Assembly (NCBI GenBank): GCA_963764715.1
Contig: CAVXTP010000021.1
Span: forward strand, 256,001 to 320,000
Reading direction: 5' to 3'
DNA length: 64,000 nucleotides
DNA from: an uncultured Acidobacteriota bacterium
GTDB taxonomy: Bacteria; Acidobacteriota; Thermoanaerobaculia; UBA5066; Gp7-AA6
Made by a program: the position numbers and the translations under genes. Below are positions 58,887 through 64,000 of the stretch, piece by piece; the first letter of the stretch is position 1; each line of letters opens with the position of its first letter. The notes beneath the pieces were generated by a model. That model was not told where the DNA came from, ran no database searches, and was given only the letters and a program-made list of their open reading frames with translations.

Positions 58887-58960
58887 ACCCGCCGTCCCTG
58901 GCTTTCATCCCGAGGCGCATCGCGCGCCGGCAATCCCTTCCTTTTCCCCGGAAGGCCTCT

Positions 58961-61405
58961 CTACTGCAGGTTGAAGGTCTTGGTGATGAACACCGCCATT
59001 TGTCCGCGCGTGTTGGGGTTGAGCGGGCAATAGTTGCCTCCGCCGCAGCCTCCGGTGATCTGCTCGGCCGCAAGCTGCTCGATCCAGTCGGCGAACTGCG
59101 ACGGGCAGGGTACGTCGGGGAACACTCCCGTACAGCCGGGCGGCACGTACCCCGACCCGTGCTTCGCCTTGAGCAGGAAGACGGCCATCTGGTCCCGACG
59201 CACCGGATTGGTCGGGCAGTAGACGCCGGTGCCGCAGCCTCCGGTGATCCCCTGCGCCGCCAGCTCTTCGATCCAGTCGCCGAAACCGGACCCCGGGGTG
59301 CAGGAAACGTCCGAGAACACGCCGGTGCACGGCGGCGGCACGTAGCAGATTCCGTACTTCCCCTTGAGGAGGAAGACCGCCATCTGCTGGCGCAGCGTCG
59401 GGTTGGCCACGCCGTAGTTCCCGCCGCCCACGCCCGCCGTGATGCCGTTGCGGACCAGAGTCGTGACGAAGGCGTGGAAGGTATTGTTGAGGGGAACGTC
59501 GAGGAAGTCCGCGACGTAGCCGCTCGAGAGCGTTCCGGACGTGCCGTCGAGATTGGTCACGACGACGTTGCCGAGGGTCCCCGGCGGCAACGCCGGCGTC
59601 CTGGCCGAGATCTGGGTCGGGGAGGTCACGAAGACGTCCGTGGCGGGCTGGCCGCCGACCGTGACGGTGACGCCGTCCTTGAAGTCGGTTCCCTTGATCG
59701 TGAAGAGCGATCCGCCCGCGGGAGCCCCGGAGACCGGCGAGATGGAGAACACGATGCGGGGAGACAGCTCCGAGGTGTTCCCGTTCGGATCGGTCGCCGT
59801 CACGGTGACGGGCTGGCCGACCTCGATGGTGAAGGGGAGGTCGGCGCTGAAGGGCGTGTGGCCGGTCCCGTCGGTGACGACGTCCATCGAGCCCAGATAC
59901 AGGAGCCCCTCGGTGAAGTCCTGGGGACGGCCCTCGCAGGGCGGGTTCGCGTAGAAATCGAGCGTGTAGCTCGTCGAGGCGGCGCTGTCCAGCGTGCCCT
60001 CGACGTGCGTGCCCGACGGCGCCGTCGGCACCGCCGAGATCACGATTGGATAGTTCTGCCGGCTGTTGGGGCCTCCGTCGGCGTCCAGAACGTCGTTCGC
60101 CGTGACGTCGTCGCCGCCGAGGTCGATTCCGATCCCGCCGTTGGAGTAGATCGAGTTCCCGCGGATCGGGTTGCCGTTGAGGGGTGCCGTCAAGCCCTGG
60201 ACCTCGATTCCCGAGCCGAGGTTATAGGCGACGACGTTGGCCTCGCCCGGGTTGATTCCGCCGCAGATCGCGCCGTTGGACGCGAGGACGATGCCGTCGG
60301 TTCCGTTGCCGATCGCGAAAGTTCCGGTCGCGTCCGTACCCACGAGGTTTCCCTGCACGACCGCGCCGGTGGCCTGGAAGATCAGGATGCCATTGAGCCC
60401 GTTGCCGGAAGCGAGGTTGCCCGCGCCCTCCGCCGTGCCGCCGACGAGGACGTCCGTCGCTTCCACCTCGATTCCGTAACTCTCGTTGGGGACGGGCGCG
60501 TCGCCGGCCGGGTTGGTCCCCACGTAGTTGCCGCTGGCGACCTTCCCCGGACCGGTGCCGCGGAAGCGGATGCCGTAGTTGACGTTGCCGGAGACGACGT
60601 TTCGGCTCGCGGCGGTCGTTCCGCCGATCAGGATGCTGGATCCCACGCCCAACGTCTCGATTCCGGTCTGCTGTCCCGGGATCGCGTTGCCTCCGCTCGC
60701 GTCGGTGCCGATGAGGTTGCCCTGCACGAGGTGATTCGTGCCGCTCCCGCCCGCCCCGCCGGCCTGCCCGAAGCTGATGCCGTAAAACGCATTTCCCGAG
60801 ATGAGATTCCGGGCGGCGGGCGTGGTGCCGCCGATCGTCACGTTGGCCGGCCCGGAGTTCAGGAGGATTCCGGCGAAGGCGTTACCGAGCGCCGCGGTGC
60901 CCGCCGGATTGGTGCCGATGAAATTGCCCTCGATCCCGAGGCCGTCGGTTCCCTCGACGCGGATACCGGAGCTTGCGGCCCGGTTGAGGACCAGCCCGCG
61001 GACCGTGCTGCCGTCCGCGGCGGACGTGAAGTGCAGGATCGCGTCCACGGTGAGGGCGCCGGTGTTCGTGCCGTCGATCTCGATCATGAGCTGCGCGTTG
61101 GTGCCGAGCTCGGGGCCGTTCGTGTTCGCCGTCGCGCCGGGTTGGGTGTAACCGTCGATCGTGACGGGGCCGGTGATCTGGGGGAGCGCCGTAGCCGGGA
61201 CGATCGTATGAACGCCCGCCCCGACGATGTTGAAGGCGATCGTGTCGGCGCCGGCGGCCGCGTTGGCGTCGAGGATCGCCTGGCGGAGCGTTCCCGGGCC
61301 GGCGTCGGCCGTGCTCGTGACCGTGAAGGTCGCGGCGCCGGAGACTCCCGGGACCGCGGCGAGCAGAACCGAGGCGAGGAGAAGACCGAAACGCGAAAGA
61401 CGCAT
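58961..61405 (-). CDS. Secreted beta-helix repeat protein with Ig-like (IPT/TIG) domain and Cys-rich triple SLH-like domain
   Basis: Signal peptide, TFTVTSTADAGPGTLRQAI, repeated GN.IGT/RN.ISGN, GNTSELS, three SLH-like repeats; GAGG RBS before ATG 61405. Confidence 0.88.
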   Translation of the reverse strand: MRLSRFGLLLASVLLAAVPGVSGAATFTVTSTADAGPGTLRQAILDANAAAGADTIAFNIVGAGVHTIVPATALPQITGPVTIDGYTQPGATANTNGPELGTNAQLMIEIDGTNTGALTVDAILHFTSAADGSTVRGLVLNRAASSGIRVEGTDGLGIEGNFIGTNPAGTAALGNAFAGILLNSGPANVTIGGTTPAARNLISGNAFYGISFGQAGGAGGSGTNHLVQGNLIGTDASGGNAIPGQQTGIETLGVGSSILIGGTTAASRNVVSGNVNYGIRFRGTGPGKVASGNYVGTNPAGDAPVPNESYGIEVEATDVLVGGTAEGAGNLASGNGLNGILIFQATGAVVQGNLVGTDATGTFAIGNGTDGIVLASNGAICGGINPGEANVVAYNLGSGIEVQGLTAPLNGNPIRGNSIYSNGGIGIDLGGDDVTANDVLDADGGPNSRQNYPIVISAVPTAPSGTHVEGTLDSAASTSYTLDFYANPPCEGRPQDFTEGLLYLGSMDVVTDGTGHTPFSADLPFTIEVGQPVTVTATDPNGNTSELSPRIVFSISPVSGAPAGGSLFTIKGTDFKDGVTVTVGGQPATDVFVTSPTQISARTPALPPGTLGNVVVTNLDGTSGTLSSGYVADFLDVPLNNTFHAFVTTLVRNGITAGVGGGNYGVANPTLRQQMAVFLLKGKYGICYVPPPCTGVFSDVSCTPGSGFGDWIEELAAQGITGGCGTGVYCPTNPVRRDQMAVFLLKAKHGSGYVPPGCTGVFPDVPCPSQFADWIEQLAAEQITGGCGGGNYCPLNPNTRGQMAVFITKTFNLQ

Positions 61406-61593
61406 GGGCACACCTCTCCGTTGAGACTTTTCGAGGCGCGAGTCTAATGCATCCGGCCTCGAGGCCGAATGCGGGGAGTGGTTCACATTTCAGACGCGCA
61501 ATCGCGGGCGAAACGGGATCACCGTGGCGCCGGAGGATGGGATCGCGGCCTTGGCCACGCCGCCGGGGTGAGAGACCGCGTTCCTGCCCCGGC

Positions 61594-61609
61594 AGGAACG
61601 ATTCCTGCA
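61594..61609 (+). promoter_or_regulatory. Putative sigma54 (-24/-12) promoter of the CBS gene
   Basis: AGGAACG-ATTC-CTGCA has GG-N10-GC spacing. The predicted +1 (about 61620) lies just before GGAGG and ATG 61632. Confidence 0.5.
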
Positions 61610-61631
61610 TGACCGCCGGGTGGAGGTGACC

Positions 61632-62093
61632 ATGAAAGCCAGCGAGCTGATGACGAAGGACCCGCGCACGTGCGAGCCCCACCACGACCTGCTCTGCGCG
61701 ATCCGGATCATGAAGGAGGAGGACACGGGCATCGTTCCCGTCACCGAAGGCAACGGCGAGGCGCGGGTGGCGGGGGTCGTGACCGACCGCGACATCGTGC
61801 TCCAGCTCGGCGCCCGGGACGCCCGGCCGTCGGAGGTCAACGTCGCCGCCGCGATGAGCGGCGACGTCGTCTCGGTCGCCCCGGAGGCGGACGTCCATGA
61901 GGTCAGCCGGCAGATGCAGGAGAAGCAGGTGCGCCGCGTCCTCGTCGTGGACGGCAAGCGCCTCGTCGGGATCGTCTCGACGGCGGACCTCGCCCGCGCG
62001 AGCGCCCGCAAGGAAGGGCGCCTCGGCGAGGAAGTCGAGAGCGTGATCGAGAAGGTCTCCGAGGACACCGGCCGCGCCCGCGCGTCCGAGTGA
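61632..62093 (+). CDS. CBS-domain protein
   Basis: ASELMT, GVVTDRDI, AMS, LVGIVSTADL; GGAGG RBS. Confidence 0.92.
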   Translation: MKASELMTKDPRTCEPHHDLLCAIRIMKEEDTGIVPVTEGNGEARVAGVVTDRDIVLQLGARDARPSEVNVAAAMSGDVVSVAPEADVHEVSRQMQEKQVRRVLVVDGKRLVGIVSTADLARASARKEGRLGEEVESVIEKVSEDTGRARASE

Positions 62094-62128
62094 CGCCAGC
62101 GGGCGCGGCGCGGCCCCGCGCTCGAGCT

Positions 62129-62352
62129 ACTGGAGCGAGAAGGTCTTGACCACGACCCGACCACCGAAGGCAGACCCCCGGCAGTAGGGAGTCGGCCACC
62201 GAAGGCAAACCCTCGGCAGTAGACAACGCTGGCCGAGAGGCCAGCGGTAACTCACGCCGTGCAAGGCACGGCGGTAACTGACCGTCGCGACTTGATCGCC
62301 GTAATCGTGTGGCGTCGTCGAAGTCACTGGAGCGAGAAAGTCTTGACCACGA
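62129..62352. repeat. 27-bp direct repeat (SLH gene 3' end) enclosing five hairpins with a common GTAR/YTAC foot
   Basis: ACTGGAGCGAGAA(G/A)GTCTTGACCACGA at 62129-62155 and 62326-62352; hairpins at 62161, 62196, 62227, 62255 and 62287. Confidence 0.8.
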
Positions 62353-64000
62353 ACGCGGCCATCTGCCCGCGGGTGGCGAGGGTCAGCGGGCAGTACTTGC
62401 CGCCGCCGCAGCCTCCGGTGATGGTTTCGGCGGCGAGCTGCTCGATCCAGTCGGCGAAGAGGGACGGGCAGGCCACGTCGGTGAAGGTCCCCGCGCAGGC
62501 CGGAGGGACGTAGCTCGAGCCGTGCTCGGCCTTCAACAGGAAGGGTGCCATCTGGTCGCGCCGCACGGGGTTGCCGGGACAGAACTTGCCGCCGCCGCAC
62601 CCTCCCGTGATCCCTTCCGCGGCGAGCGCCTCGATCCACGGAGCGAAGGTCGAGGGACAGGGAACGTCCGAGAACGTCCCGGCGCAGGGGGGCGGCGTGT
62701 AGCAGAGCCCGTGCTTGCCTCTCAGCAGGAAGACCGCCATCTGCTGGCGCAGCGTGTTGTCGTTGACGCCGTAGTTGCCTCCGCCGATGCCCGCCGTGAT
62801 GCCGTTCGAAACCAGCTTCGTGACGAAAGCGTAGAACTGCTGCCCCAGAGGCACGTCGAGGAAGTCCGAGACGAACGCCTTGAGCAGCGTCCCGACGGTT
62901 CCGTCCGTGTTCACGACCTGGATGTCGTTGGCGAGTCCGGCGGACAGCGGCGGAGTCTTCGCCGTGATCGTCGTCGCCGATGAGACGTTGATGTTCGTCG
63001 CGGGCTGGCCGCCGACGGTGACCGTCGCGCCCGCCGCGAAGTCGGTGCCCTTGATCGTGATCGTCGTGTTGCCGGCGGGGGGCCCGGAGGCGGGCGAGGC
63101 GGAGAACGCCAGGCCCTGCGAGAACTCGGAGGTGTTGCCGAGGGGATCGGTGGCCGTCGCGGTCACGCGGGTTCCCGGGACGGTCGCGACGGGCAGCGTC
63201 ACGTCGAACGCGACGTCGCCGTTCCCGTCGCTCGTGACCTGCGCCGTGCCGAGCCACGTCTCGCCCTCGAGGAACTCGCGGGGGAAGTTCGAGCAGGCGT
63301 TGGCGTAGAAGTCGAGGTCGTAGACGGTCGCCGCCTTCGAGTGGAGGACGCCCTGGATCCGGGTCGTCGCTCCGGTCGTCACCGACGTGAATAGGGGGAA
63401 GTTCTGCATGCCGTTCCCACCGGTATCGGTGTCCCCCGGGTCGTTGGGGGTCACGCCCTCGGGGCTCCCGGCCGGCATGACGTCGATGCCGAGCCCGGCG
63501 TTGCCGTGGATGGAGTTGCCTCGGATGACGTTGCCCTGGCTGAACGGCAGGTAGACGCCGTCGCCGGTGCCGCCGTTGAATTTCGTGTTCGCAATGACGT
63601 TGGCCTCGCCGGGTCCGATCCCGCCGATCGTGTGGTTGCCGCCGCCGACGTGAAGTCCCCGGTCGCCGTTGCCCATCGCGACCGTCCCCGTGACGTCGAC
63701 GCCGATGTAGTTTCCCTGAACGACCATTCCCGAAGCGGCCCCCGACTGGCCCAGGACGAGCCCGATGCCGCCGTTGTTGCTGATGACGTTCCGGGCCGCG
63801 GCGGTCGTGCCTCCGATCGTGACGGCCGGCGAGTCGCAGGTGATCCCGCGGTTGCTGTTGCCGAGCGGCGAGGCTCCCGTCACATCGACGCCGATGTAGT
63901 TGCCGGCGATGAGGATGTTGGCGGCCGGGGTGCCTCCGAGCTCGATGCCGTTCGTGTTTCCCGAGATCACGTTGCGGGCGCCGGCGGCCGTCCCGCCGAC
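62324..64000 (-). CDS. Secreted beta-helix repeat protein with IPT/TIG and Cys-rich triple SLH-like domain, paralog of 58961..61405; 5' end outside window
   Basis: Frame is open to the window edge; same RNVIS.N/GNYIG repeats, GNTSEFS and SLH-like repeats. Confidence 0.88.
   Translation of the reverse strand, partial: VGGTAAGARNVISGNTNGIELGGTPAANILIAGNYIGVDVTGASPLGNSNRGITCDSPAVTIGGTTAAARNVISNNGGIGLVLGQSGAASGMVVQGNYIGVDVTGTVAMGNGDRGLHVGGGNHTIGGIGPGEANVIANTKFNGGTGDGVYLPFSQGNVIRGNSIHGNAGLGIDVMPAGSPEGVTPNDPGDTDTGGNGMQNFPLFTSVTTGATTRIQGVLHSKAATVYDLDFYANACSNFPREFLEGETWLGTAQVTSDGNGDVAFDVTLPVATVPGTRVTATATDPLGNTSEFSQGLAFSASPASGPPAGNTTITIKGTDFAAGATVTVGGQPATNINVSSATTITAKTPPLSAGLANDIQVVNTDGTVGTLLKAFVSDFLDVPLGQQFYAFVTKLVSNGITAGIGGGNYGVNDNTLRQQMAVFLLRGKHGLCYTPPPCAGTFSDVPCPSTFAPWIEALAAEGITGGCGGGKFCPGNPVRRDQMAPFLLKAEHGSSYVPPACAGTFTDVACPSLFADWIEQLAAETITGGCGGGKYCPLTLATRGQMAAFVVKTFSLQ

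Noticed and set aside
62161-62304. Possible CRISPR array or integron attC cassette array
   Set aside because: Only two near-identical units with an 8-nt gap, no spacer-length unique sequences, no cas or intI, and no RYYYAAC...GTTRRRY boxes. Kept as a hairpin array instead.
62127-63257. 376-aa ORF that also ends in VVKTFSLQ
   Set aside because: It is a shadow frame of the SLH gene running through the hairpin array into the duplicated 3' end, and it is not coding-like.

Overview
A very GC-rich bacterial chromosomal segment. By gene content and protein style it is most likely from Acidobacteriota (Thermoanaerobaculia-like); this is an inference. About 48 genes can be supported. Most are housekeeping: gltX, clpB-hsp20, queC/queE, copA, truA-uppS-cdsA-dxr-rseP, rpe-bamD, tatA, thiO, a DEAD-box helicase, recQ and typA. 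Mixed among them is a large cell-envelope component: four secreted proteins ending in the same Cys-rich triple SLH-like domain, a wecB-GT-wzm-wzt polysaccharide export locus, and three tandem YfhO-like membrane glycosyltransferases flanked by a radical SAM/SPASM enzyme and a fourth GT-C-like protein. The most notable items are: (1) a Tes/GDGT-MAS-like radical SAM, a candidate membrane-spanning lipid synthase; (2) a five-hairpin array with a YTAC foot, bracketed by a 27-bp duplication of an SLH gene 3' end; (3) about 12 genes with a -10 box 6-8 nt before the start codon, which points to leaderless transcription; (4) two HAIR-like (HspR) operators over the clpB promoter; (5) a secreted protein with a full peptidylarginine/agmatine-deiminase catalytic set; (6) several REP/MITE-like palindromes. 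Three single-base frameshifts in the first 9 kb are probably assembly errors. I saw no tRNA, rRNA, CRISPR array or transposase. Most long ORFs in the supplied track are shadow frames caused by high GC.
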